Source of the DNA: a virus
IMG/VR virus record: IMGVR_UViG_3300006928_000001
Coordinates: 43,824 to 107,823 of that record
DNA length: 64,000 nt
Direction: 5' to 3' (one strand)
Shown here: positions 1 through 9,388 of the stretch, piece by piece
Layout of the letters: each line of letters begins with the position of its first letter
Numbering within the stretch: the first letter of the stretch is position 1
The notes under the pieces: model-generated
Seen by the model: the letters and a program-made list of their open reading frames with translations, nothing else
Database searches by the model: none
What the model was told of the DNA's origin: nothing
Program-made: the position numbers and the translations under genes

Positions 1-705
1 TAGCACTACTTTCTTACCACGGACTATGTTAAGAACATCTGCTGTCCAGGTTCCAGCACCACCTGTGATCAGCAAGGTCGGAAGACCTTGCTGGGCCGCT
101 AGAATTCCGTCTGGCTCACCTTCGAACATCCATACTTCATCCGCCTTTTCGATAGATTCGAAGCCAAACGGAATCCATACAGCTTTACGGTTAAGCCCTT
201 CATCATTGGCGTAATGAAACGACTTAACCGTTGATCTTTTGAACGGGTCGTACATACGCGCGTTGATAAGTTTACCAGACTGATCGCGAATCGGTATCCA
301 AAGATGACTACCGTCCCAGCCGATCAAAAGCTTTTCAATCGTAGCCTTAGTCCATCCCCGCTTACGTTCTAGGTCTGTTACGACCTGAGGAGAGTCGACT
401 AGGATACGATGGTATCGTGCAATCAAATCCTCAGACAGAGGGGGCAAGTCGCGTAGAGTTACAACTGTCCCAGCGGACTGAGGAGACTTGACAAACACGT
501 CAAGTGGCGGACCATCATCTCTCGATGATGCTCTGCACCGATGACACCGGTAGTATCCAGTGTCGATGTTTACACGCAGAGATGGCCGCTCATCTGGTCC
601 ACAAGCTGGACACTTAGCCGTCGCCCAACCATTGGACGAGGCTTTAGTTTGGTCCAGCCCAAGAGCCGTCAGAGCGGCGTTCAGCGCAGCTGCTGAGAGC
701 TTCAC
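1..705 (-). CDS. DNA primase (Zn-finger + Toprim); runs off the window edge
   Basis: Manual translation from GTG at 705 gives a CPACGPDERPSLRVNIDTGYYRCHRC Zn-finger, WIPIRDQSGKLINAR and a Toprim FEGEPD motif; frame is open to position 1. Confidence 0.85.
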   Translation of the reverse strand, partial: MKLSAAALNAALTALGLDQTKASSNGWATAKCPACGPDERPSLRVNIDTGYYRCHRCRASSRDDGPPLDVFVKSPQSAGTVVTLRDLPPLSEDLIARYHRILVDSPQVVTDLERKRGWTKATIEKLLIGWDGSHLWIPIRDQSGKLINARMYDPFKRSTVKSFHYANDEGLNRKAVWIPFGFESIEKADEVWMFEGEPDGILAAQQGLPTLLITGGAGTWTADVLNIVRGKKVVL

Positions 706-732
706 CGCTAACCGCCGCTCATGAGGGTTTTA

Positions 733-1761
733 CTAGAACGAATCTTCCGGAGCAGCCTCATCCTCGGAGGGAGGAGCGTCAATCACATCGCCAGACGCGG
801 CCCCGGTCTCGCCGAGATCACCGCCGTCATTCATGTCAGGGACGTAGGACTTATCCTGCGTCGACTCGTAAAGTTCACGAGCCTGATCAGTCAGGGCCTT
901 AACTGCGTATCCAGTCTGAGCCACCGTAGCGACGTAGAAAATACCCTTATCGTTCTGAGTCTTCTTAGCAGCCAGGGTGAAGATCTTAGCCCATGCCGGT
1001 TCGCGCGCAGCCAGCTTAATCATCCCAGCCAAGGAACGTCCCGCGGCAAGGCTACTGCGACTGAAGCTGATGAATGCCGGAACAATCTCTGGAGGCATTC
1101 CGTTGAACGGAGGCAGAGCTACTAGGGCCAAGACGTCAATGCTAGCAGTACACCTGGGAGCCCGCTGTTCGTTCTCAAGTCGGATAGATTCTCCGTCCTG
1201 AACGATGATCTTAGGCAACCAAGAGTTGCCTCGGCCACTGGGGGTACGCCCTGCAGCAGAAGCCGCTGCGCCGGGACCGTAAACACACTCTTCACAAGAG
1301 GAAGTAGGACGTCCACCAACCCACTCAAGGCTAGTAACAACACCCTTACTGTTAACTTCGAGCTTGAGCTTAGCCGCGGCCAGCCCTTCAGCATCCCGAG
1401 CCTGGTAATCGCCATAGGCTGCTTCACACTCGATGCCACCACCTTCAGTAAGAGGGGTCCATCGACGCTGAGCGTTGAAGATGCGAACAACAATAAACTT
1501 GAGACCATCTTCAGCAGACAAGCTAGCCGGTCGGTTGTATGGCGTGGTCCAGTACAGACCAGCCTTAGCACCTTCAATCTCCTCCTGCACGGCCTTACTC
1601 ATTGCCTGCAGCAGAGAAATCCGTGGTAGAACAATATCACCAGTCTGAATATCCTCAGACCCAGCTCCAGCATCACCCGCGTCAAACTGCTGGGTTTCAG
1701 CCGGCATCATAAGGTCTTCGACGCTCACAGCAAGTGCCGTCTCTTCTTTCTTCTTGGCCAT
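733..1761 (-). CDS. Putative ssDNA-binding/annealing protein
   Basis: IVLPRISLLQAMS motif, acidic C-tail ending in F (EDEAAPEDSF), located between primase and helicase, GGGAGG RBS. Confidence 0.6.
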   Translation of the reverse strand: MAKKKEETALAVSVEDLMMPAETQQFDAGDAGAGSEDIQTGDIVLPRISLLQAMSKAVQEEIEGAKAGLYWTTPYNRPASLSAEDGLKFIVVRIFNAQRRWTPLTEGGGIECEAAYGDYQARDAEGLAAAKLKLEVNSKGVVTSLEWVGGRPTSSCEECVYGPGAAASAAGRTPSGRGNSWLPKIIVQDGESIRLENEQRAPRCTASIDVLALVALPPFNGMPPEIVPAFISFSRSSLAAGRSLAGMIKLAAREPAWAKIFTLAAKKTQNDKGIFYVATVAQTGYAVKALTDQARELYESTQDKSYVPDMNDGGDLGETGAASGDVIDAPPSEDEAAPEDSF

Positions 1762-1792
1762 TATGGCCTCCCTTTCGTCAGGTGGACACTGC

Positions 1793-1821
1793 AGTATACC
1801 TCAATGGTCTACGCATTGCCA
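1793..1821 (-). promoter_or_regulatory. sigma70-like promoter
   Basis: TGGCAA-17 nt-TATACT upstream of the SSB-like gene. Confidence 0.5.
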
Positions 1822-1853
1822 TGGTTCAATAGTCGTGTGCCTTCGCCAGAGCA

Positions 1854-2168
1854 TTAAGCCGAAGCGATATTCTTGTTTTTGAAAACGGAATGGTCTTGCC
1901 ATGATTCGATGTGTTCAACAATCTTCTTAGAATCACCATCAGATTCGACAAGGTCTAGCCCATACAAAGCGGCTGCACCCCGTAGAATTTCAATTACATC
2001 TTCATCTTCACCAATGTGGTTTACGGATAGATACCCACCAGGCATCAGCGTAATTTCTACTCTTCCAATACACCCCTTCGGGATACTCGATACTACTGTG
2101 ATCATCTTATCATCGTCAGCCAACAGACACACTCCTCTGTGGAGAAAGGTATACTCTACAGTAACCAT
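1854..2168 (-). CDS. Hypothetical protein
   Basis: ORF in the same run as the helicase. Confidence 0.55.
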   Translation of the reverse strand: MVTVEYTFLHRGVCLLADDDKMITVVSSIPKGCIGRVEITLMPGGYLSVNHIGEDEDVIEILRGAAALYGLDLVESDGDSKKIVEHIESWQDHSVFKNKNIASA

Positions 2169-2208
2169 GAATGGTTCTGCGGAAAAATTACGCTACTGCG
2201 TAGAAGTC

Positions 2209-3873
2209 CTAGCCGTAAATCGTTTCAGCAAGCCAATTTAGTAACGACAGAGCTACGCTTCGTTGTTTTCTATGAGCGATGACTACGGCTTCATCTGGAC
2301 CATTGTCAACTACCAAATCGTAGATGATAGCTTTGTGCTTCAAACCATGCCGGTGCACTCGATCTTCAGACTGTGATCTTGCGATCGTTCCAAGTGGCTG
2401 TGAATAGTACACTGCCGATTTGCTATGCTGCCAGTTCAACCCAGCACCAGCCACACCCGGGTGTGCGATTACGGTATGATATCTTCCTGCTCTCCAGTCC
2501 GATTGAATCATATCTCTTTGACGAGCGGGCGTAGGCCCATGAATAATCGCGACTCCTCTCTTCCCGAGTAGTTCAACTACTCGTTGATATTCAACCCGTG
2601 AAAAGTCTGTTGTTCCGTCTTCTTTGAGAGGTCCATACACTTGACCCCCAACACGAAGGGCGGTGTCTGGTTCTTCCCCAGCCGCGACAAGCGCAGCGGC
2701 GATGACTTCTCTGGACCTCGAGGCCCAAATGTGACGTGGCGCACGGTCACCGTGGGCGTCTTTGATTTCTTCGATAACATCTCGGAGGAGGGCAAGCTTT
2801 CCACTGTGGACAGGTCGCCCTTCAAGATATCCACCCGTAAGCTCAATGGTTCGAAGTCGTTCGATGAGAACATTCTCAGGGACGATTGCGTGCCCGTCGT
2901 CAAGAACGGCACGATCGTCTTCGATGAGATCGAGCATAAGCTTAGCAGCTGACGGCGGAAGATCAAAAGAGCGTTTGAAGTAAATTTTGTCAGGGAGGTC
3001 AAGACACTCGTCCTTACGCCTACGAACTGTGTATGGATGCATTGGGTCAAGTACTTCGTATTGAATGCGTTTTTGATTTACGCCAACTACGAATGATCTA
3101 GACACACTGAACTGTTTACCCTTACTCTCCATCGGGTCATGTAGCTGACCGTATCTATACTTGAACGCATCAAACGAACCTGGGGCACCGGCTGGAAATC
3201 TAGCTTTCCCGATTGTAATGATATCTGGTGGAAGTCTCTTCAAAACGTCTGGGCGTACAAGCTTCGTTAAACCCCAGAGTCTCATATGCTCCGGTCTACC
3301 AATTGGAGTAGCTGTGATACCAGCAGCTCCAATGCAGGCAGACGCAAAAGCTCTAGCTGCTACACCTTGCCCTGAATGAGATAGTGCAACGCCTTGTGCT
3401 TCATCCACGACGATGGCTATACGCCTACCCCTTGCATGTATCATCATAGGATGATCAGCTTTTACGATGTTTTTGCGTCGGTACTTAGTCACCAATAGAC
3501 TACGAAGGCCGGAGAACGTAGTTGCCATTACCGTAAGTTTGTGCTGTTCAGTTCTCAATCCCGACGTGATGACATCTTCAATCAAGTCGTTATCTGGTGG
3601 TCTACAGTCGATGAAGTTCACCAACCCTTCAGGCCACGTTCGCCCATCAAATGTTTCGCGCCAGTCTGGCATCGTCATACTTGGTAGCACCAAGACAACT
3701 TCGTCAATGACACCTCTAAGCCAGAGGGTTTGAAGCCACCAAGCTGTTGTAGCAGTCTTACCAGTACCCAGTTCGTTCCAGATGTTAACCCTAGAAAATC
3801 GAGCTAGTCTTTGAACATCTTCAGCTTGATGTTTAAGCGGAGACCATTCCGCTGGTAGCAACTGGTACGTCAC
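2209..3873 (-). CDS. SNF2-like superfamily 2 helicase
   Basis: ELGTGKT (motif I), VDEAQ (II), TATP (III), GAGLNWQ (V), QSEDRVHRHG (VI). Confidence 0.9.
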   Translation of the reverse strand: MTYQLLPAEWSPLKHQAEDVQRLARFSRVNIWNELGTGKTATTAWWLQTLWLRGVIDEVVLVLPSMTMPDWRETFDGRTWPEGLVNFIDCRPPDNDLIEDVITSGLRTEQHKLTVMATTFSGLRSLLVTKYRRKNIVKADHPMMIHARGRRIAIVVDEAQGVALSHSGQGVAARAFASACIGAAGITATPIGRPEHMRLWGLTKLVRPDVLKRLPPDIITIGKARFPAGAPGSFDAFKYRYGQLHDPMESKGKQFSVSRSFVVGVNQKRIQYEVLDPMHPYTVRRRKDECLDLPDKIYFKRSFDLPPSAAKLMLDLIEDDRAVLDDGHAIVPENVLIERLRTIELTGGYLEGRPVHSGKLALLRDVIEEIKDAHGDRAPRHIWASRSREVIAAALVAAGEEPDTALRVGGQVYGPLKEDGTTDFSRVEYQRVVELLGKRGVAIIHGPTPARQRDMIQSDWRAGRYHTVIAHPGVAGAGLNWQHSKSAVYYSQPLGTIARSQSEDRVHRHGLKHKAIIYDLVVDNGPDEAVVIAHRKQRSVALSLLNWLAETIYG

Positions 3874-4059
3874 AGCTTAATCACGTTCCCGTGTTCGTCG
3901 GTGATGACTTCAACTGTTTCAGACGATTGAAACACAGATGCCATACTGACAACCCAGGTCCCCAAAGCTATCACGAGACATAGTGTAGACGCTGCCTCGT
4001 GTGTGGGCGCCAAGTAACCAGTCAACACTACCAGTGATACAGGAAACAAGTGATGCATT

Positions 4060-4314
4060 TTATCCTCCACAAACAAGAGCTTCACCAAGAGCGTCAGACA
4101 CATCGGTGTCGACTGCACCCTGAAGCTCCATAATCGGAATCCAGCGCCAGTCATCTGGCGGAGTCCCTGTAGAGTGCTGAATGACACGAACCGTGTTATA
4201 ATCGAATGACTCGATCACACTCGTGAACGACTCAACCTCTTCCACGGTAGGAATAGGGTCAGTAGTAGATGGCTTCGCCAGAACCTTCGTTCCACGAATT
4301 ACGATGGCAAGCAT
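4060..4314 (-). CDS. Hypothetical protein
   Basis: AGGGAG RBS, with a GGTATAAG -10-like box at about 4342-4349 upstream. Confidence 0.6.
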   Translation of the reverse strand: MLAIVIRGTKVLAKPSTTDPIPTVEEVESFTSVIESFDYNTVRVIQHSTGTPPDDWRWIPIMELQGAVDTDVSDALGEALVCGG

Positions 4315-4394
4315 TCTTGCTCCCTTAAGGTTTACAAGATACTTATACCACTGCCCTTAAGTGAGGACCATTCCGCAGAATCGTTTGTCTGCGC

Positions 4395-4880
4395 TTAGCC
4401 CCACATCCACTCAGACGTAAAATCGTTTTGCGGACATTCGATTTCATCAATCTGCGGAAATGGTGACTGTCCGTGCTTCACACGTTGAACAGCGACTTCA
4501 AATGTATTTCGCCCAATTGGCTTAAACGTCAGGCCGCCACCAACTCTGGTTTCTGCAGCGCGTCGTTTGTCGCGACTAGTAGCCCATCCGGTCATCAACC
4601 CAATTTTCGTCTTTGGGGAGTGCTCACGAATAGCCTCTCCTAGACCAACACCAACAGGACCACCATTCAACCGTACGTCGATTATAACGATGTTAGGTTG
4701 CCACTGCTCTGCTGTGTCTAGGGCTTCTCTTTTTGAAGTTACGCCACGTACACTCGCACCCAATCCTCGCATATGATTCATATACGATTTTAGTGCAATG
4801 ACGTTATCTTCGACGATAAGAACTCTTAGCTCTTCATTTGGGTCTGGTGGGTCTGGCCAAATATTGGTTCCTGGCATCAT
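4395..4880 (-). CDS. Stand-alone CheY-like response regulator receiver protein
   Basis: VLIVED acidic pocket, IIDVRL phosphoacceptor Asp, LMTGW Thr, FKP Lys-Pro. Confidence 0.9.
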   Translation of the reverse strand: MMPGTNIWPDPPDPNEELRVLIVEDNVIALKSYMNHMRGLGASVRGVTSKREALDTAEQWQPNIVIIDVRLNGGPVGVGLGEAIREHSPKTKIGLMTGWATSRDKRRAAETRVGGGLTFKPIGRNTFEVAVQRVKHGQSPFPQIDEIECPQNDFTSEWMWG

Positions 4881-5581
4881 GGGATTCCTTTAACACGCGT
4901 CTTGAGCGTGTTAGCTGCGGAGCTGATTACCCATCGTGTAAAAGCCGCTCTAGACGAGCGCACAGCAGAATCTTCGCTATCAGGGTCTTCGTCGTCATCC
5001 TCATTTGGCATGACCATCGACGCAGGTGCTGCGTGATGAACTGCTAGGTACACTAGCTTTCTATCGTCTTCGGCTCTCCATAGCGTTTCGATAGATGCAC
5101 TCAGAACGTCAGATACTTGCCACTGATCACGTAGCTGACCAGGATTGACCTCTGACAGATCAAGGATGATAGACTTCTCGTCTTTTTCGATGAGATGAGA
5201 AAGCACAGAAGCTCTGTACGAATCTGTTACTTCTCGTCTACTCCAGTGGTTCTTAATTGGTTCAACTGCCCTAAGCGTGGCTTCTGAGACAATCGTTATG
5301 AACAGGTTAGATTTCGCTTCTCGTAGTGCGCCACCACCATTAGTAACGACTACGATAAACGCTCTTAGAGCAGCAGTTTCATTTACGATTCGTTGAAGCT
5401 GATTCTGAATGGCGAGCATATCACCACCACTAGCTTCTGCGTTAAGCTCTTCCTGCTTATACTTACGCCACCGTGCCCATAGCTCTCTAATCAACTGTCC
5501 AAATGCTACAGACGCAGTTGAGATAGCCGCTGCCACTTCTTTAGGGTGTGACTGAATGATTGCGTCAAACCAAGCAAGCAT
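4877..5581 (-). CDS. N-terminal membrane helix + GAF-like domain protein (T-holin-like fold)
   Basis: Ala/Ser-rich helix followed by RWRKYK; LQRIVNETAALRAFIVVVTNGG and a late beta-strand (LVYLAVHH) fit GAF topology. Confidence 0.55.
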   Translation of the reverse strand: MLAWFDAIIQSHPKEVAAAISTASVAFGQLIRELWARWRKYKQEELNAEASGGDMLAIQNQLQRIVNETAALRAFIVVVTNGGGALREAKSNLFITIVSEATLRAVEPIKNHWSRREVTDSYRASVLSHLIEKDEKSIILDLSEVNPGQLRDQWQVSDVLSASIETLWRAEDDRKLVYLAVHHAAPASMVMPNEDDDEDPDSEDSAVRSSRAAFTRWVISSAANTLKTRVKGIP

Positions 5582-6249
5582 TAGTCCATACCACCACGAA
5601 TAAGTTCAAACGTCTTTTCACCACGATCAGACGCTTGAATGGAATTCATTTTGTGCTGAATCTCATTGAGAATCTGCTCACGGTCACTAGCCTTTTCTGA
5701 CCAGAAGGCGCTAGCACGACCCTTAAGATTGAGGTCCGGCATCATCTCGGCTAGTGATTCTTCAACTGAGGTTAGTTCTCTACATGCATCGCGTAGAGCT
5801 GTAGAGAACTGCGTTTTTCCGCTTTCACACTTTTCTAGTTCCGTCATTACGTATGCCGAAAGAGCTTCCCAGCGTTCCATAACCATGCGAATCTTAGTAG
5901 AATGGAACTCGATACCAAGAATAGCCCACACCTGAGCTTCAGCTTCAAGCAAAGCATCTCGACGAATCGCTGACCGTTTGGACTGAAAGATGGCACGCTT
6001 CTCTCTCCACCGCTCAGCGCGAGACCGTCTGCGTAGTTCACCTGGAACTGTGTGCTGCTCCATCTCTTCGAATTGGTCTGAATACATGCGGACAAGCTGC
6101 TGCATAGTCAATGGCACAGGACTGCAGATGAAAGCATCACCTGGGTCCTGGAAGACCAAGCGCAGATCTTCAATTGAACCATTGCCATTTTGAAGACGAT
6201 TGATCAGTGAAGTCTGACTCTCGTCAAGTCCGTCGTTGTCGTCTCGCAT
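5581..6249 (-). CDS. Putative terminase small subunit-like / HTH protein
   Basis: TMQQLVRMY...LRRRSRAERWREKR HTH-like segment followed by long helices. Confidence 0.35.
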   Translation of the reverse strand: MRDDNDGLDESQTSLINRLQNGNGSIEDLRLVFQDPGDAFICSPVPLTMQQLVRMYSDQFEEMEQHTVPGELRRRSRAERWREKRAIFQSKRSAIRRDALLEAEAQVWAILGIEFHSTKIRMVMERWEALSAYVMTELEKCESGKTQFSTALRDACRELTSVEESLAEMMPDLNLKGRASAFWSEKASDREQILNEIQHKMNSIQASDRGEKTFELIRGGMD

Positions 6250-6268
6250 CTTACCAAGATACCCCGAC

Positions 6269-6751
6269 TTATCCTGTGATTCCAGACCTGTGAGCTCGAC
6301 TGTTTTCGATGTGACGCCAAGATACGTACCGTGCTAACTTAGCATCTTGTGGTGCTACATTTATTTGATTCTCGACAAAGATTCGATACGCATCGATAAC
6401 ATATTGACTGTTACCATCAATCTCTGGAGGTCGTAGCCCCATGATCCATTGTCTAGACATTTCTACGATTTCTTTTGTACGCTTATGGTGAGACCCTAGA
6501 GGTCTGAGATACCGTGCCATCCGTCTGTGCGCGTCAGACGGCGCGAAGGCTACATTATGCGCTCGTGGCCAATCAATGAGAAACTTCCATATAGCTTCGT
6601 CATTGAGTATCATGCTAGCCAGTACTACTCGCCAACTATGCTCGTCTTCATCTTCGCCACCTACCATTTCCTGCGGTAGTAGAAGTGGGCTTTCAGGGTA
6701 CCCTCGGTTCTCAACTTGGAGGAGCAAGTATTCAAACTCGTAGTCAATCAC
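6269..6751 (-). CDS. MBD4-like HhH DNA glycosylase
   Basis: Colinear with the MBD4 catalytic domain: LPQE, WRVVLASMILN, WKFL..WP, LRPLG, IDAYRIF, PQDAKL..YVSW. Confidence 0.8.
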   Translation of the reverse strand: MIDYEFEYLLLQVENRGYPESPLLLPQEMVGGEDEDEHSWRVVLASMILNDEAIWKFLIDWPRAHNVAFAPSDAHRRMARYLRPLGSHHKRTKEIVEMSRQWIMGLRPPEIDGNSQYVIDAYRIFVENQINVAPQDAKLARYVSWRHIENSRAHRSGITG

Positions 6752-6867
6752 GTTTCTGACTCAGTACAGGAGTAGATTCTAGTCGAGCGATTTCGTTGTT
6801 AATTTTACGCAGTTCCTCTTCAAGCTTACGTTTCTTTTGATGAAGAAGCATTAAACGTTGATTATGT

Positions 6868-9051
6868 TCATCCACCGATGAGGAATGCATGGGCCTCTCC
6901 AATAATATCTTCGATAGCGATGTTCCCGACGAATGTATCACCAGTGGGGCTAGTACCACTAGTAGCATCTCGGTAGAATCGAATCCACAACTTGTCTCCA
7001 GGCACGAACGATGAGATGTCGAGCTCGAACTCTGTACGCTGGAGCACGTCATCATCAGCGGGAACAATGGCTGTGATCTCGGTGATCGTGTCGATGGCCA
7101 CACCAGAACCATCGATTGTATCTCCGATTCGAGCTCGGCCATACTCGATGGACAGCGCAACGTTACCGGTGGCTGACGCCCGGGGAAGCCAGTCGATCCG
7201 GAACCGAGCTTTAATTGCTGTGTTCACCCAATTTGGCATGATGACCTTGGCACCACGGGCGTCTACCTGACCATTGTTGTACGAGTTGTCGCCTGGAGAG
7301 AGCGATGTCGTCGAGCTATACGCGATGTTGTTGTTACCAGGGCTTGTCGATGTGTTGACTGTGTCGGCGAAACGGATCAGAGTCCGCCACTGTTGGAGAA
7401 GCCCGTAGAGTTTGGCCCCCACCTGATCCGCGGCCAGACGGCTCGTGCCGATCTCGCATCGGCTGAACTCCATGGGAGTTGTGAACGTGGTGGCCGGTCG
7501 AACTGACAGCCAGTAGTACTCCTGACTGTTATGTGTATCAGCATCCCAGTCGTCAAAAGCCGTTGCATGGTGGTCTAGATGCTGTGCAACCCGCGTTGAC
7601 GTATCGTCTTTGAATACATCGTTTCCGACTGGGTCGACGCCTCGAACCAGACTGGCGTCCATGACGTCGATCTCGTTCCAGCCGCTAGCACCGTCGGACA
7701 GTTCGATCACTACGTCTCCGGAACCTAGTGCCGTAGCCAGAGCGTACACCCAGTTCGTGAACTTGCCAAACTTGTAACCAATGAGAATTCGGTCATTGGT
7801 GTCACCGGGATGCACTACGTTGGTACCATCACTGACGTTGGCTGTGACGTCGGTGTAGACACCAGAGCCTCCTCCAGCGCTGTCGTCGTACGAGAGGACC
7901 ACCATGTTCTCGACGCCGGGTGCACCCTCGACAGCATAGAAGTTCTGCGGGTTTCTGGGTGCACCATGACTGAATCGACCACCTGCGCGTGTAGTTGGCG
8001 GGTTTACCACACCTTCGTCGAAGTAGAATACCCGCAGATCGTCACCAAGACCGGACACGAACGAAGCTGGGACGTCGATCTGCTCGCGCCGCATCTCCAT
8101 GCTGGTGAGCGAAAGAATGGAGCCACTATACGCTGGGCCATCATCTGCTGTGAAGTCATTGGCCGTTCCGTGGAGACGACCGCCGTTCATGACCATCGTG
8201 AATGGTCCGTCGCCGAAGTGAACCGCGTTGTTAATTCCACCACCACCATTCGGTGTGATGATTTTGACATCGACATACGCTCCGGCAGAACCACTGTCGA
8301 ACACAAAGACAGTGTCGGTGATCGTCATGGCAGGGCCACAGTCGATGGTACCTGGTCCTGTCACGTTTGCGTCTGTGTTGAGATTGATTCCCTTCGCCAA
8401 AGAGCCGTTGTTGAAGTTGATGCCTCCAGCGAGAACTCGCACGTTTCCGTCGTTCACCTCGATACCAGCCACAGCTGCCGAACCACTGTTGAACGACAAT
8501 TGGTTGACAACCAAAGCATTGGTGTTCTCGGCTCTGACGCCTTCACCACCACCGGTGGGGACTTGGCAGACTACTCGAGTCAGAAACGAGTTCGCTCCCT
8601 GTGTTAGAATCGAAGGGGACGAACCGTCAGCACCACCATTGACACGAATGTCCTGGATGCTGCTGTTATTGTTCAGCGTGATTGTTGGGCCAGTACCATC
8701 ACCTTCGATGACCGTGGCACTGATAAGTGTCGCGGCCATGATCTTGACACCAGCAGGTGTGTCGACACCAGACCCCACGTTAAAAGTACTCGGCCCAAGT
8801 ACGACCACGTCACCTGATGTTGCGTCTTGAAACGCTTCGGCAATCGTGTCGTAACTTTCCTGCGTAGTAGCCGTCAGAAGGTTTACACCAACAAACGAAT
8901 TGATGTCGTCCAACGCGGCGTTGACTGCCGTGTACCATGCCCACTCAAGTTCTAGATGCTCAGCAACCAAATCAATGTCTGAATATGGACGTGCTGCGTC
9001 AATCATTGTAGTAGCCTCGTGTGTTATATTGAGGCTACTACAGTTGTTCAA
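6868..9051 (-). CDS. Beta-helix (tailspike/pectin-lyase-like) virion protein
   Basis: TIAEAFQDATSGDVVVLGPSTF beta-helix cap, G/N/T-rich coils, C-terminal beta-sandwich; true start may be the MIDAA Met near 9006. Confidence 0.65.
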   Translation of the reverse strand: MNNCSSLNITHEATTMIDAARPYSDIDLVAEHLELEWAWYTAVNAALDDINSFVGVNLLTATTQESYDTIAEAFQDATSGDVVVLGPSTFNVGSGVDTPAGVKIMAATLISATVIEGDGTGPTITLNNNSSIQDIRVNGGADGSSPSILTQGANSFLTRVVCQVPTGGGEGVRAENTNALVVNQLSFNSGSAAVAGIEVNDGNVRVLAGGINFNNGSLAKGINLNTDANVTGPGTIDCGPAMTITDTVFVFDSGSAGAYVDVKIITPNGGGGINNAVHFGDGPFTMVMNGGRLHGTANDFTADDGPAYSGSILSLTSMEMRREQIDVPASFVSGLGDDLRVFYFDEGVVNPPTTRAGGRFSHGAPRNPQNFYAVEGAPGVENMVVLSYDDSAGGGSGVYTDVTANVSDGTNVVHPGDTNDRILIGYKFGKFTNWVYALATALGSGDVVIELSDGASGWNEIDVMDASLVRGVDPVGNDVFKDDTSTRVAQHLDHHATAFDDWDADTHNSQEYYWLSVRPATTFTTPMEFSRCEIGTSRLAADQVGAKLYGLLQQWRTLIRFADTVNTSTSPGNNNIAYSSTTSLSPGDNSYNNGQVDARGAKVIMPNWVNTAIKARFRIDWLPRASATGNVALSIEYGRARIGDTIDGSGVAIDTITEITAIVPADDDVLQRTEFELDISSFVPGDKLWIRFYRDATSGTSPTGDTFVGNIAIEDIIGEAHAFLIGG

Positions 9052-9066
9052 TGAATACCAATCGAT

Positions 9067-9258
9067 TTAATCGTCTGTCACCGCAGCAGCCACAAGCATT
9101 ACGAACGTGTGTAAGACCGCTACCATAACCAATACGACTGTTACAATCGTCATGACAATTGAGACTACTACCATTGCAGCTCGTATTATGAGGTCCATAG
9201 GATCAAACGTCCAAACGTCCAAGTCCGGTGGTTCGGAGTCATTCGAAGTCGTGGGCAT
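9067..9258 (-). CDS. Small membrane protein
   Basis: Long hydrophobic stretch, GAAGGT RBS. Confidence 0.5.
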   Translation of the reverse strand: MPTTSNDSEPPDLDVWTFDPMDLIIRAAMVVVSIVMTIVTVVLVMVAVLHTFVMLVAAAVTDD

Positions 9259-9388
9259 GGCACCTTCGTGGCATCTAGGGTAGTTTACAATTGCCGAATT
9301 AGTTCGGGGCCCGAGCTTGGTGGGACGGGCCGTCGTGGGCTGTAGTAACTGGGTACCCCTTTCCCCGGCTGCTATGGCCCACGGCCGT

